The notes beneath the pieces were generated by a model. It was given only the letters and a program-made list of their open reading frames with translations. It ran no database searches and was not told the origin of the DNA. A stretch of DNA of 64,000 bases from Opitutus sp. GAS368 (lineage in GTDB: Bacteria; Verrucomicrobiota; Verrucomicrobiia; Opitutales; Opitutaceae). The position numbers and the translations under genes were made by a program. Every line of letters starts with the position of its first letter. Position 1 is the first letter of the stretch. The stretch is taken from the NCBI GenBank assembly GCA_945861645.1, contig CAMAVZ010000002.1:32001-96000 (forward strand), in the 5' to 3' direction. This document shows, piece after piece, positions 1 to 9,945 of the stretch.

Positions 1-30
1 CAACTAGATTCTTGCTAAATTCTAAAAAAT

Positions 31-774
31 CTACGGACCGATAACAACCCGATAGCGACCAGCGCTCAAGCGCTCGCCCAACCGAAACGACTTAATCAGG
101 TATGAGCGGAATAATGCCCCAACCTCATCATCAACGTCATCTCGGCCTAATTCGGGCACAAAAACGGGGTCACCGATGAGACCAGCATTGCTAACAGCCA
201 CCAAAAAAATCATGGGCTTAATATTCAGTCCCTGTGGATTTAAATCATTATCCTGATTGAAGATAACAGTTTTTCCATTCGATAATTTCACCACTTCTAT
301 AGAGAGGCTTCTCTGGGTTAATGCCTTGTGGGATGGATCAAGCTGGCCCATCCCAGCAAAAGACCCGGCATTGCCTTGGGCTAGGATATCGCCCAGGCGC
401 TCTGGGGTCGCAAAGGCATCAGCTCCGTAAAGCTTCATGCCCTGTTCCCCCATCGTAAAATTCGCCTCGAAACTTTCAAAAATCTGGCCAGGTGGCTTGC
501 GCATGCCCGCCGGCAACGGTCGCTGGCTGAAATTCCATTCGGTAGGGAAAAATAGCGGGGCTGGATCGAAGAGTTCGGATCGCTCGCGCATCAGCTGTTC
601 ATCGCCCCCCAACCCAACTCCTGCCAGCCGCACAAAAGGCGATTTTATCGCGTGGCTCGGCGCGGCCACGGGCAATTGTACCCCCGTTATAGCCCACCAG
701 ACTAGCGTCACAACGAGCGCACCGCCGAGCCAAAACCAAATCCGTGACCTTGCTACAATTTTCTCCCGGCTCAT
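31..774 (-). CDS. Membrane-anchored protein, probable TonB-like energy transducer
   Basis: Single N-terminal TM helix (IWFWLGGALVVTLVWWAI); C-terminal FLVAVSNAGLIGDPVFV...DVDDEV resembles a TonB C-terminal domain; directly downstream of exbB-exbD. Confidence 0.5.
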   Translation of the reverse strand: MSREKIVARSRIWFWLGGALVVTLVWWAITGVQLPVAAPSHAIKSPFVRLAGVGLGGDEQLMRERSELFDPAPLFFPTEWNFSQRPLPAGMRKPPGQIFESFEANFTMGEQGMKLYGADAFATPERLGDILAQGNAGSFAGMGQLDPSHKALTQRSLSIEVVKLSNGKTVIFNQDNDLNPQGLNIKPMIFLVAVSNAGLIGDPVFVPELGRDDVDDEVGALFRSYLIKSFRLGERLSAGRYRVVIGP

Positions 775-783
775 GGGATCAGC

Positions 784-1248
784 TTAAGGTAATGGACTGG
801 CTGAAGCTTGGGTTTCAGCGGCGGCCTGAACTCCAGCAAAGCCCGCGGCACGAGCCATATCGCACAGAGAGAAAAAATCCTGAACGGATACCTGTCGATC
901 GGCGCGCACCAGCATCACCGCGTTGGGATGTTTGTGCGCATATAGCTCGAGATGCTTTCGCAGATCGGAAAGCCCGTACATGCCGCCCTCAAATAAAATC
1001 ACGTTATTACCCCGATAACTCACCACCACTGACGTAGCGGCGCTATGCTGACCGGCCGCACCGATCGATGGTAGATTAAATGTTCCGGCCGCGCCAACCC
1101 CGATAGGCAGTCCTGGCGCCAGCACGAAGCGTGAGCCGAGCAGGCCAAAAAACAGCGCAAGCACACCGACATTAACCCAAGCCATAAAATCAAAATCCCG
1201 CGGTGGGGGGCTCAAGCGAGAGGCTAACTCGAACGGACGGGTAATCAT
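784..1248 (-). CDS. exbD: ExbD/TolR family biopolymer transport protein
   Basis: N-terminal TM; C-terminal MLVRADRQVSVQDFFSLCDMARAAGF motif; 4-nt overlap with exbB. Confidence 0.8.
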   Translation of the reverse strand: MITRPFELASRLSPPPRDFDFMAWVNVGVLALFFGLLGSRFVLAPGLPIGVGAAGTFNLPSIGAAGQHSAATSVVVSYRGNNVILFEGGMYGLSDLRKHLELYAHKHPNAVMLVRADRQVSVQDFFSLCDMARAAGFAGVQAAAETQASASPLP

Positions 1249-1889
1249 TTTAATGGACCGGCTCCATTGCGATATTCCCGCTGTAAGAATCGCATTATTT
1301 CGCTACCCGACCATTCCATGTCCTGAACGAGGGCGCGGACTCGGCCCGAGAGAAAATGTCGAGCTAAGTGCGCCGGTATGGCTACAGCCAGACCGGCGGT
1401 CGCGCTCAGCAAAGCCTCCCACATGCCACCCGCGAGCACAACGGGGGTCGCATAATTTCCCCCTTGGTTAAAGAGCCAGAATGTTTTGATCATCCCCAGC
1501 AAGGTTCCAAGCAAGCCGAGCAGGGGGGCAATTTGCGCAATGGCGGCGAGCGCGTTGATCCGTCGCTCCAGAACAGGAAGCTCTACCAGGGCGGCTTCCT
1601 GCACGGCAAACCGGAGGGCCTGTTCATCATCGGCCGCATGGCGCAAGCCCGCCTTGATTAGCTTAGCCACCGGACCTGGGGTCTCTTCACACAGAGTTAA
1701 AGCCTCCATCAAGCGATTTTTCTGCAGGAGATTTTTGATCCCACTCAAAAATTCCGTCGAACGAATTTGCGCGCGGTGCAGCCACAACGTGCGCTCAATA
1801 AAAATTACGGCTGCGACTAGACCCAGCAATAATAACAACCCCAGGACAGGGCCGCCTTGAGCGAAAATACGGTAACTGAATGTGCTCAT
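1245..1889 (-). CDS. exbB: MotA/TolQ/ExbB proton channel protein
   Basis: IAPLLGLLGTLLGMI and GMWEALLSATAGLAVAIPA signature helices. Confidence 0.9.
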   Translation of the reverse strand: MSTFSYRIFAQGGPVLGLLLLLGLVAAVIFIERTLWLHRAQIRSTEFLSGIKNLLQKNRLMEALTLCEETPGPVAKLIKAGLRHAADDEQALRFAVQEAALVELPVLERRINALAAIAQIAPLLGLLGTLLGMIKTFWLFNQGGNYATPVVLAGGMWEALLSATAGLAVAIPAHLARHFLSGRVRALVQDMEWSGSEIMRFLQREYRNGAGPLK

Positions 1890-1940
1890 GAATTTTATTT
1901 TATATAATGCGCGTCCAAGGAAAAGCGTAAATGCGCAAGC

Positions 1941-4550
1941 TCAAGGGCGGCGGCCGCTCGGCAAACGAAAGCGCGCCAATTTTGCCTGCGCCTGGGCGAG
2001 GCCGTATAGCTTGTAGTCTAAAATTAACTGATAACTCCGCTGAGCTTCATCGATCTGGCCCGCATCTTCATGCAACTGGGCCAGCTCGAGCAAAGAGCGC
2101 GAAACCCAGTAACGGCCCTTGGCCCCCAATTGACTGGCTTGCGCGGCATCAAGCAGAAAAGCGTCGGCCACCGACCAAAAAATAATCTGCGCCTTCGCCG
2201 GTTGGGCATGTTTAGCCAAGGCATAGCCCCATTTAAAACCCGCCTCCGCTCGCAAATCGACGGGGGCAGACGGCAAGTCCCGCACGCGCTCAAAAATCGC
2301 CGCCGCGCTTTCATAATTAGTAAAACTATTCGCCCCTTGGGCAAATAGACAATCAGCCAGCGCAATCTCCGCTAGGAGAATATCAAAATGGGCGGGATAA
2401 TTATTAACCAAGTATTCATATACCTGCCGAGCGGCCGCCATATCATTTAAGCGGCGGAGCAGATCGCCTTGCTTAAGCCGCGCATAAAAAACGAGTTCAT
2501 CCTGCGGATAATCTCGGATCAGACGCTCCAACATTTTCTCATAGGCGTCGCGCAGATGTCGATCGAGACCCTGACGCTCTAAATTTAAAGCCGCCTCATA
2601 CAAGGCCAGCGGGGCATATTCGCTGCGCTTGTAATCAGGATGATCGACAAAGCTAACCAGCACTAATTGCGCGGCCGCCATATCGCCACGCTGAGTCAGA
2701 TAGCCCGCCTGCATAATATAAGAATACTGCGCGGCGGCGGTTAGGCGATAGTCAGCGCGTAGTTTCTCCAGAACGGCGAAACCCTCCTGATTTTGATTCC
2801 GCGCCAGAAAAATTTGGGCCTTTAGCAGCTGCGCCATGCTGGCTACGTTACGGCGCAACGCTGGATCAAATGGCTCCACTTGTTGCAAGCGCCCCAGCAA
2901 GTCATCTGTTTGTTGCAGCGCTGCAGCCAATTGATTATTATCAAAAGCTAATTTGGCGCGCAGCCACATCAGACGGACGCGCAAAGTTTCAGGCACGCCG
3001 GACACTTTTTCGCCCAGCAGCCGATCGACACGACTATAAGCGGCGGGGGTCTGCCCGCGAATTTGCAATTCCTTAACTAAATTCCACTCCGCTTGCCAGC
3101 GATTCACCGCATCAAAACCAGGGTTGGGGGCTGATGCGTCCAGCTGTTGAGCAGCCTCGGTGAGCCGATCGGCACGGATATCAGATAAGACCCGCTGAAA
3201 AAGCAAAACGCCGGCGGGCACGACGGCGGGCGTTTCATGCAAGGCGGCGTCATAGGCGTCAGCCGCATTGCGATAATCTTCGGCGCGGAAAAACGCCTCG
3301 GCCAACAGCACCCCCAACTCAGCCCGCTCGCGGCCGGCCTTAGTGACGGCGCGCAGTTGGGCCATGACCTCGGCGGCGGCACGATAACGTTTAAGATCCC
3401 AAGCCACAGCCAAGCGCACGCCAAGCGCCGTTACTTTGAGCGGCGAGCCCGGATAGCGCTCCAGCAAAGCGCGCGCATCCTCCTCGGCTCGAGCATAATC
3501 GTTGTCAGCCAAAGCCAATTGCGCCCGCACTAATAATAAATCCTCAATGACCGTATGCGGCGTGGGCGCGTTAATCAAATCGCTGAGGTCACGGCGCAAT
3601 TGCTCGCGGTCGACCGTTGTTTTACTCCCGCGGGCCAACAATTGAAGTGCGAGGCGCTGAGTTTCCGCCTTCTGGCCATCGCGGAGTAACTGTTTAAAAG
3701 CTTGGCGGCCGGCGATACTCGATTCACCCGCGATTAAACCCAGCATGAGCCGAAATTGGTCCGCCGTATTACGCTCCGAAGGCGGAATAACGGCGAGCTG
3801 GCGTTGCAGTACGGCTTGGGCCTCGGCCGCGCGACCCAAAGCGGCGAGGGCCGCGGCATAAGATCGCACCGCATCAAAACCCGTCGCCCGCCCCTGAAAA
3901 GTTTCCATGGTCTTGCGCAAATTAACCAGCCGCGCCTCATCGAGCGGACCACGCCGCAATAGGGCCTGCTCTCGGCCAAGCGCAAAGCGCGCGCGCGCCA
4001 ACTCAGATACGGCCGCATTGATCGCCTGATTGTAAAATTCATTGGCCGCCAAAATATTCCCTTCGGCATCCGCCACTTGTCCCTGCAGAAAATGCCACCA
4101 CCCTTTATCCGCAGCCGCGAGGCCCTCAATTTTGCCCGCGGCTAAGGCAGCTTTTGCTTGCGGCCACCGGCGCGCGTGCGCGGCGAGTAAGCCAACGCGC
4201 AATTGGTAAGCAGAGGAGCGCGGCCCCGTGTAGGTTGGTAGAACCTTTTCAGCCTCCCCCGTGTCACCAGCATCTAATAAGGCCGTCACCAGAGCGAGGG
4301 TCACGGTTTGCCGAGCCTCTGCGGGCAAACTCTCCTCTTGTAAAATATCGCGATAAATTGCCGCGGCGGTGAAGGAGAAGCCCGCCCGCAAAGCCATCTG
4401 CGCACGACCTTCTGCCATAAGCCAACGACTCGGCTCCATCGCCGCGCCCCCAGGCGCATCCACGAGCGGACTGGGGCTCGCCACTTGCGCGGCGAGCGGC
4501 CCCACCACGAGGGCAAGAGACAGAGAGAGTAGACAACTCAGCTTCATCAT
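1941..4550 (-). CDS. Exported tetratricopeptide-repeat protein
   Basis: Signal peptide MMKLSCLLSLSLALVVGPLAA (start moved from 4601 to 4550); repeated TPR-like helical units (LLERYPGSP, LIRDYPQDE, LVNNYP). Confidence 0.75.
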   Translation of the reverse strand: MMKLSCLLSLSLALVVGPLAAQVASPSPLVDAPGGAAMEPSRWLMAEGRAQMALRAGFSFTAAAIYRDILQEESLPAEARQTVTLALVTALLDAGDTGEAEKVLPTYTGPRSSAYQLRVGLLAAHARRWPQAKAALAAGKIEGLAAADKGWWHFLQGQVADAEGNILAANEFYNQAINAAVSELARARFALGREQALLRRGPLDEARLVNLRKTMETFQGRATGFDAVRSYAAALAALGRAAEAQAVLQRQLAVIPPSERNTADQFRLMLGLIAGESSIAGRQAFKQLLRDGQKAETQRLALQLLARGSKTTVDREQLRRDLSDLINAPTPHTVIEDLLLVRAQLALADNDYARAEEDARALLERYPGSPLKVTALGVRLAVAWDLKRYRAAAEVMAQLRAVTKAGRERAELGVLLAEAFFRAEDYRNAADAYDAALHETPAVVPAGVLLFQRVLSDIRADRLTEAAQQLDASAPNPGFDAVNRWQAEWNLVKELQIRGQTPAAYSRVDRLLGEKVSGVPETLRVRLMWLRAKLAFDNNQLAAALQQTDDLLGRLQQVEPFDPALRRNVASMAQLLKAQIFLARNQNQEGFAVLEKLRADYRLTAAAQYSYIMQAGYLTQRGDMAAAQLVLVSFVDHPDYKRSEYAPLALYEAALNLERQGLDRHLRDAYEKMLERLIRDYPQDELVFYARLKQGDLLRRLNDMAAARQVYEYLVNNYPAHFDILLAEIALADCLFAQGANSFTNYESAAAIFERVRDLPSAPVDLRAEAGFKWGYALAKHAQPAKAQIIFWSVADAFLLDAAQASQLGAKGRYWVSRSLLELAQLHEDAGQIDEAQRSYQLILDYKLYGLAQAQAKLARFRLPSGRRP

Positions 4551-4714
4551 GGAGATAATAACAGTGAGCCAACAGATCATGGTGGCAAGCCTCGCGCGCA
4601 CAGTGGATCCTATCTGAGGGTTGAAATAGAGGGGGGCAGTGTAAGAGGAAATTACTCGCGCCCCATTATCCCCTCCGACAGCGTGTCAGTCTTTAAGTTC
4701 AATCCCCTCCTTCT

Positions 4715-5311
4715 ATGCTACTGATCATCCTTGGTACTGTCCTCGTCCTTGCCATCGTCGGGGCCTTATGGGTCGCCGGTAATTATAATTCCTTGGTTAG
4801 CCTACGCAACCGCTTCAAGAACGCCTTTGCGCAGATTGATGTGCAGCTCAAACGCCGCTACGATCTGATCCCCAATCTCGTGGAAGTGGCCAAAGGTTAT
4901 ATGAAGCATGAGAGCGGCACCTTGGAAGCGGTGATCGCGGCGCGCAATACAGCCTACGCCGCCTCGAAGAACGCGGCGGCCGACCCCGCCGACGCTGGCG
5001 CCATGAAGGGCTTACTCTCAGCGGAATCGGGTCTCGCTGGAGCCATGTCCCGTTTAATGGTCGTCTCTGAGCAATATCCTGACCTCAAGGCCAATCAAAA
5101 CATGATGCAACTGACCGAAGAGATGACCTCCACTGAAAATAAAATCTCCTTTGCGCGCCAAGCTTACAATGATTCCGTTATGACCTACAATACGTCCCGC
5201 GAATCCTTCCCCACCAATCTGCTCGCTGGCCTATTCAATTTTACGGAGGCCCAGTTATTTCAAATTGAAAACGCGGCGGAACGGGCGGTTCCGCAGGTCA
5301 AATTTAGCTAA
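4715..5311 (+). CDS. lemA: LemA family protein
   Basis: YNSLV..., IDVQLKRRYDLIPNLVE, EQYPDLKANQN, ENKISFARQAYN motifs. Confidence 0.95.
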   Translation: MLLIILGTVLVLAIVGALWVAGNYNSLVSLRNRFKNAFAQIDVQLKRRYDLIPNLVEVAKGYMKHESGTLEAVIAARNTAYAASKNAAADPADAGAMKGLLSAESGLAGAMSRLMVVSEQYPDLKANQNMMQLTEEMTSTENKISFARQAYNDSVMTYNTSRESFPTNLLAGLFNFTEAQLFQIENAAERAVPQVKFS

Positions 5312-5381
5312 AGCACCGGAGTAAATTTTGCGCCTGAGCTGTTGAGAGCTTAGCTCCCAACTCGCGCCTCACCCGCCAATC

Positions 5382-7307
5382 ATGGATTTTTTTGCAGCCC
5401 AAGCCCAGGCGCGCAAGCGAACCCACCGGCTCGTGCTCTTATTTATTCTCGCGGTGCTGGGAACTGTGTTGGCTGGCTATGCCGCAGCGGTATTTTTGCT
5501 CAACCAGGACCCGCCTCATGGTTCTCTCATTTGGTGGGATCCGCTACTTTTAGCCTGGACGGCGGGGGCCACCACCGTGGTCGTGGGCATCGCCTCACTC
5601 TATAAATGGTCGCAACTGCGCGCGGGCGGCGCCGCCGTGGCCGAACTCGTCGGTGGACGACTCGTGAGCGGCGCTACCACTGATCTCAAGGAACGGCGTC
5701 TGCTCAATGTCGTTGAGGAAATGGCGATCGCCTCCGGTATTCCGATGCCGGTCGTCTACGTGTTAGAGAATGAGTCCGGCCTCAACGCCTTTGCCGCTGG
5801 GCTTACCACGAGCGATGCCGCCGTCGCCGTGACCCGTGGCCTTCTGGATAAATTATCCCGCGATGAACTGCAGGGAGTGATCGGGCATGAATTTAGTCAC
5901 ATCCTCAACGGCGACATGCGCCTCAATGTGCGCATCACCGCCATCGTGTTCGGCATTCTCGTCATTGGGCTCTTTGGCAGGGGTATTTTGCAATCGATCG
6001 GCCGCAGTCGCGGGCGCAGTCGCAGCGATGATAAAAAAGGGGGCGGGGTTATAGTCTTCCTCGCGGTCGGCTTGGCGCTCCTGATCATTGGCTATATTGG
6101 CTATTTTTTTGGACGGCTCATCCAGGCAGCGGTGTCACGGCAGCGCGAATTCCTGGCCGATGCCTCCGCCGTGCAATTCACGCGTAACCCCGAGGGCATC
6201 AGTGGGGCCCTAAAAAAAATTGGGGGCTATGCGCTGGAGGGTAATATTGCGGACCAACACGCGCCAGAGATAGGTCACTTTTTTTTCGCCCAAGCCTTTA
6301 AAACCAGTTTTAGCGGACTCTGGGCCACCCATCCACCGCTGGCAGAGCGCATCCGCGCGGTTGAGGCCCAGTGGGATGGGGCGCTTTTCTCCCCTCCCGT
6401 AATCGTTGATATCGCCCATGAATCATCCGCGACCGCTGGTTTCGGCGGCAGCGCACTCAACGGCAACCAGACGGCGAGGTCGCCCGCTCCCCTCCGCTTC
6501 AAACCAGTGGCGATAGTCGCTGATATCGGCGCCCTCACCGAAGCCCACTTCCGCCAGGCCCAAACCCTTCTCGCTTCGATTCCCCCTCCACTGCGCGAGG
6601 CGACCCGCGCGGCCTCTGCGGCTCAAGTATTAGTGTACGGATTGCTGCTCAGCGCGAGCCCAGCCTCGCGTGATCAGCAGCACGCGCTCGTCCAAAAACA
6701 TGCCGGGTCCGATTCTGCTACAGTCTTGGCCAGCCTAGACGCCGCCCTGCGCGCCCTCCCTCCTGAAGCTCGGCTACCGCTGCTGCAATTGGCCTTTCCC
6801 GTGCTGCGCGAACTGAAGAGCACCGTACTTGAACGCTTTACGACCACTCTCGACGCGCTCATGCACGCGGACCATCGTGTCACCCTTTTTGAATACGCAT
6901 TACAAAAAACGCTGCAGCGCCAGCTCACCCTCGCCGCCAACCCCCGACCCCAGTTGCAATACGATTCTTTCAATGCCGTTCGCCAGGAGATTGCGATCGT
7001 GCTTTCCGCTTTGGCGCATCTCAGTGCCAAAAATTCTCCCGCGGCTTTTGCGGAAGGCACCGCGCAGATTCCCGTGATTCGCCATCAAATCACTCTGCTC
7101 GAGCCCGCGGCAAGCGGACTCGATCAGCTAGATTCCGCCCTCGATAAACTCGCGGTCAGCGCTTGGCCCATTAAGCAACGCGTTCTCGTGGCGGCCGGCC
7201 ACGTTATCGCTAGCGACAGCACCATCACGGTCGAAGAAGGCGAACTCTATCGCGCGATCGCCGCGACGCTCGACTGCCCCATGCCCATGCTGGGCCTCGC
7301 GAATTAA
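5382..7307 (+). CDS. M48 family Zn metallopeptidase (HtpX-like, long form)
   Basis: LNAFAAG, HEFSH zinc motif, SRQREFLADA, ATHPPLAERI; typical lemA partner. Confidence 0.9.
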   Translation: MDFFAAQAQARKRTHRLVLLFILAVLGTVLAGYAAAVFLLNQDPPHGSLIWWDPLLLAWTAGATTVVVGIASLYKWSQLRAGGAAVAELVGGRLVSGATTDLKERRLLNVVEEMAIASGIPMPVVYVLENESGLNAFAAGLTTSDAAVAVTRGLLDKLSRDELQGVIGHEFSHILNGDMRLNVRITAIVFGILVIGLFGRGILQSIGRSRGRSRSDDKKGGGVIVFLAVGLALLIIGYIGYFFGRLIQAAVSRQREFLADASAVQFTRNPEGISGALKKIGGYALEGNIADQHAPEIGHFFFAQAFKTSFSGLWATHPPLAERIRAVEAQWDGALFSPPVIVDIAHESSATAGFGGSALNGNQTARSPAPLRFKPVAIVADIGALTEAHFRQAQTLLASIPPPLREATRAASAAQVLVYGLLLSASPASRDQQHALVQKHAGSDSATVLASLDAALRALPPEARLPLLQLAFPVLRELKSTVLERFTTTLDALMHADHRVTLFEYALQKTLQRQLTLAANPRPQLQYDSFNAVRQEIAIVLSALAHLSAKNSPAAFAEGTAQIPVIRHQITLLEPAASGLDQLDSALDKLAVSAWPIKQRVLVAAGHVIASDSTITVEEGELYRAIAATLDCPMPMLGLAN

Positions 7308-7329
7308 TTTTCTAGCTTTGCTTAGTCGC

Positions 7330-7743
7330 GTGACCCTCGCCGAAAAACAGCAGCAACTCATTGCAGATTATGCCATCATTGAAGATGCGCAGGAACGTCT
7401 CGCGGCGATCGTCGACGGCGCCCGCCGCAGTCCACCGCTCGCCGCGACTGAACGCACTGAGAACAACCGCGTGCGAGGCTGTATTTCACAGGCGTGGATC
7501 GTGGCCGAGCAGCGGGAGGGGCTTTGCTACTTTCGCAGCGATGCCGATTCGCCCTTGGTCCGAGGCTTACTCAAGCTACTCTGTGATTTATATAGCGACG
7601 CATTCCCGCGAGAAATCGCCACGACTGAGCCGATGCTCTACGAAGCACTGGGTCTCGCCCGCAATCTCTCCCCCACGCGCCTAAATGGTTTGCGCAGCGT
7701 CCGCGCAAAAATCCGTGAATTTGCCGATAGCTGGAGCGCTTAA
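7330..7743 (+). CDS. sufE: SufE/CsdE family sulfur acceptor
   Basis: NRVRGCISQAW active Cys, SDADSPLVRGL, LSPTRLNGL; GTG start chosen at 7330. Confidence 0.9.
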   Translation: MTLAEKQQQLIADYAIIEDAQERLAAIVDGARRSPPLAATERTENNRVRGCISQAWIVAEQREGLCYFRSDADSPLVRGLLKLLCDLYSDAFPREIATTEPMLYEALGLARNLSPTRLNGLRSVRAKIREFADSWSA

Positions 7744-7950
7744 ACAAATACGGTAAAAGGCGACAGAAACTTGCAGGCCACCTTTGGCCCCAGCTGTTGC
7801 GCTGGGCATCCGTTCTATTAGTAATAATCCAACGGGCAAAGCCCTGGCGTTGGTCGAGCATGGCGAAAAATTAATCGGCATCCTCCATAACGGCTCTTTT
7901 TGCCGCTCCGTTAGCTTAGGTTTAGCCGCCTACTAGCGAGAAATGGGAGG

Positions 7951-8730
7951 CTATTTTCCTAAAGCAATACGCCGCACCACCTCGCCGGCAGCCGCAAATC
8001 CAAATGCACCCGTGATAAACACCGCGGTGCCAAAGCCCGTAGCACAATCTAGCCGCAAATTTGACCCCTCTTCTGGTTCAGTGGCACAGGTGCCATCAGC
8101 CCAGGGATAGATGGGTTTCTCCTGGGATGAAACGCAGGGGATACCGTAGTCATGCCCCTCGCCTTTCGCGAAACCATAATCGCGCCGCAATTTCTTGCGC
8201 ACCTGTCGCAATAATTCATCCCCGTGCGCCCCACCAAAATCGGTCACGACAATTCGCGTGGCATCACGACGACCACCCGCTGACCCCACGGTTAAGATGG
8301 GTAGCTGCCGCCGGACACACTCTGCAATGATGAGGGCCTTGTTGGACATTAAATCGATACAATCCACCACCCAATCATAGCGCGTGGCCAACAATGGCGC
8401 GGCTGTTTTGGCGGTGAAATATTCGTTCTGCGCAGTGAGGCGGCAAGCGGGATTGATTGACTTCACCCGCTCTGCAATCGCGATGACTTTGGGCCGGCCA
8501 ATGTTGCCATCAAGCGCGGGGAGCTGACGATTAACGTTAGTCAGACAAACATCATCGAGATCGATCAAGGTTAAGGCGCCGACGCCGGAGCGAGCCAAGC
8601 CCTCGGCTACCCATGAACCAACGCCGCCGACGCCGATAATCGCCACGTGCGCGTTGTGTAATCGGGGCAGCGCCGCAGCGCCATAGAGACGCGCGAGACC
8701 GCCGAAGCGTTGGAGATAATCATCAGTCAC
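7951..8730 (-). CDS. tcdA: tRNA threonylcarbamoyladenosine dehydratase (ThiF family)
   Basis: GVGGVGSW, ARSGVG, DDVCLTNVNRQ, DCATGFGTAVFITGAFG; GTG start chosen at 8730 (ORF extends to 8766). Confidence 0.9.
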   Translation of the reverse strand: MTDDYLQRFGGLARLYGAAALPRLHNAHVAIIGVGGVGSWVAEGLARSGVGALTLIDLDDVCLTNVNRQLPALDGNIGRPKVIAIAERVKSINPACRLTAQNEYFTAKTAAPLLATRYDWVVDCIDLMSNKALIIAECVRRQLPILTVGSAGGRRDATRIVVTDFGGAHGDELLRQVRKKLRRDYGFAKGEGHDYGIPCVSSQEKPIYPWADGTCATEPEEGSNLRLDCATGFGTAVFITGAFGFAAAGEVVRRIALGK

Positions 8731-8803
8731 GCAGGCAGAGCTAGCTAGGCCCACGCGCAGTGCCACTCATTTATTAACCAACTAGTCATCAGGGCATATT
8801 TTC

Positions 8804-9325
8804 CTAAAAGCCGAGCTGGTTAACCGCCGCGATCGCTTGCTGCTGACGCGCGGGCCAAGCACCGCGGATTAACTGATAAGGCAATTGCCGTCGCTCTAGC
8901 GCCTCCCGCCATAAATTGAAACAGCGAGCGCGGTCAGCGAGATCGGGAAAAGCGCGCTGCGGATCCGGGGCAAAAGGCCCATCAACATCGAGCAAGAGAT
9001 AGAGGGTATAATTTGACGCGCGCCGTTCCGCTTCAGCGCGAATAGCTGCCGGACAAGCACCGTAAAGTAAGTCACTCCAAAGCACCGTCGTCAGCGCCTC
9101 GGTGTCGCAGAGCACTAGCGGCGGCGCCAGCGCCGCGGCCGCGTCTTCCCGTCGCCATTGCTCGCGCGCAATCATTGGGATATTCGCCAAGGTAATCCCG
9201 CCATGTTGGTCCCAAAATTCGCGGGCGTACTCAGCGACCACGGGGGCATGAAAATGCGCCGCCAAGTGCTGCGCGAGTTGCGTTTTCCCCGTGGATTCCG
9301 GCCCAAATAAAGCGACCCGTTTCAT
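8804..9325 (-). CDS. NadR-type ribosylnicotinamide kinase / AAA_28 ATPase domain
   Basis: GPESTGKT Walker A, EYARE, LCDT, DPQR motifs; ATGA overlap with pnuC gives start 9325. Confidence 0.8.
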   Translation of the reverse strand: MKRVALFGPESTGKTQLAQHLAAHFHAPVVAEYAREFWDQHGGITLANIPMIAREQWRREDAAAALAPPLVLCDTEALTTVLWSDLLYGACPAAIRAEAERRASNYTLYLLLDVDGPFAPDPQRAFPDLADRARCFNLWREALERRQLPYQLIRGAWPARQQQAIAAVNQLGF

Positions 9326-9897
9326 GCGGCGACCTTGCATCCTTGGCGCCACTCGCGCCAACCCCACAGCGACATCCACCAAAAGATCAGGTAGAGTCCG
9401 CTCGTCAGCCGCAAATCTTTCACCCAATAAACGCCCACTGCGACCGTATTAACGAGCAGCCAGCCCAGCCAACATTCCAATTTTTTTCGCGCCTGCAGCC
9501 ACTGGGCAATTAAACTAAAAATTAGGATGAAGGCGTCCCACCATGGCAGCGTCGCATCGGTCAGGCGATGCATGCCCCACCCCCAGACGGCCGTCAGGCC
9601 GGCGCCCACGACCAGCCAACCACCCCGCGCGGTCGGACTTAAACACGTCACCGGCAGTACTCCTCGCGGGGACGAGCCCGATGCGCCCCGCCGCGCCCAG
9701 TGCCACCAGCCATAAACCTGAAGGACAAAAAAGAAAAACTGCAGGATTGTATCGGAATAAAGCTTAGCCCCATAAAACACCCACGCATAAATCCCCACCT
9801 GCACTAAGCCAACCGGCCACCCCCAGAGCTGCTGGCGAATCATCAACCCGACGCCGATAACGCCCAGCACCGTGCCAATAATTTCCCAGATGCTCAT
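9322..9897 (-). CDS. pnuC: Nicotinamide riboside transporter PnuC
   Basis: WGWPVG, YGWWHW, PWWDA, AQWLQARKKLECW motifs; multiple TM helices. Confidence 0.9.
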   Translation of the reverse strand: MSIWEIIGTVLGVIGVGLMIRQQLWGWPVGLVQVGIYAWVFYGAKLYSDTILQFFFFVLQVYGWWHWARRGASGSSPRGVLPVTCLSPTARGGWLVVGAGLTAVWGWGMHRLTDATLPWWDAFILIFSLIAQWLQARKKLECWLGWLLVNTVAVGVYWVKDLRLTSGLYLIFWWMSLWGWREWRQGCKVAA

Positions 9898-9945
9898 AAT
9901 CAATAAAGGTCAGCGCGGGTGGAATAAATCTCGGGAGCGGTCCGC

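Noticed and set aside
7744-7950. Possible 50-codon TTG-started ORF in the sufE-tcdA gap
   Set aside because: No recognisable motif, a weak start, and no supporting signals.
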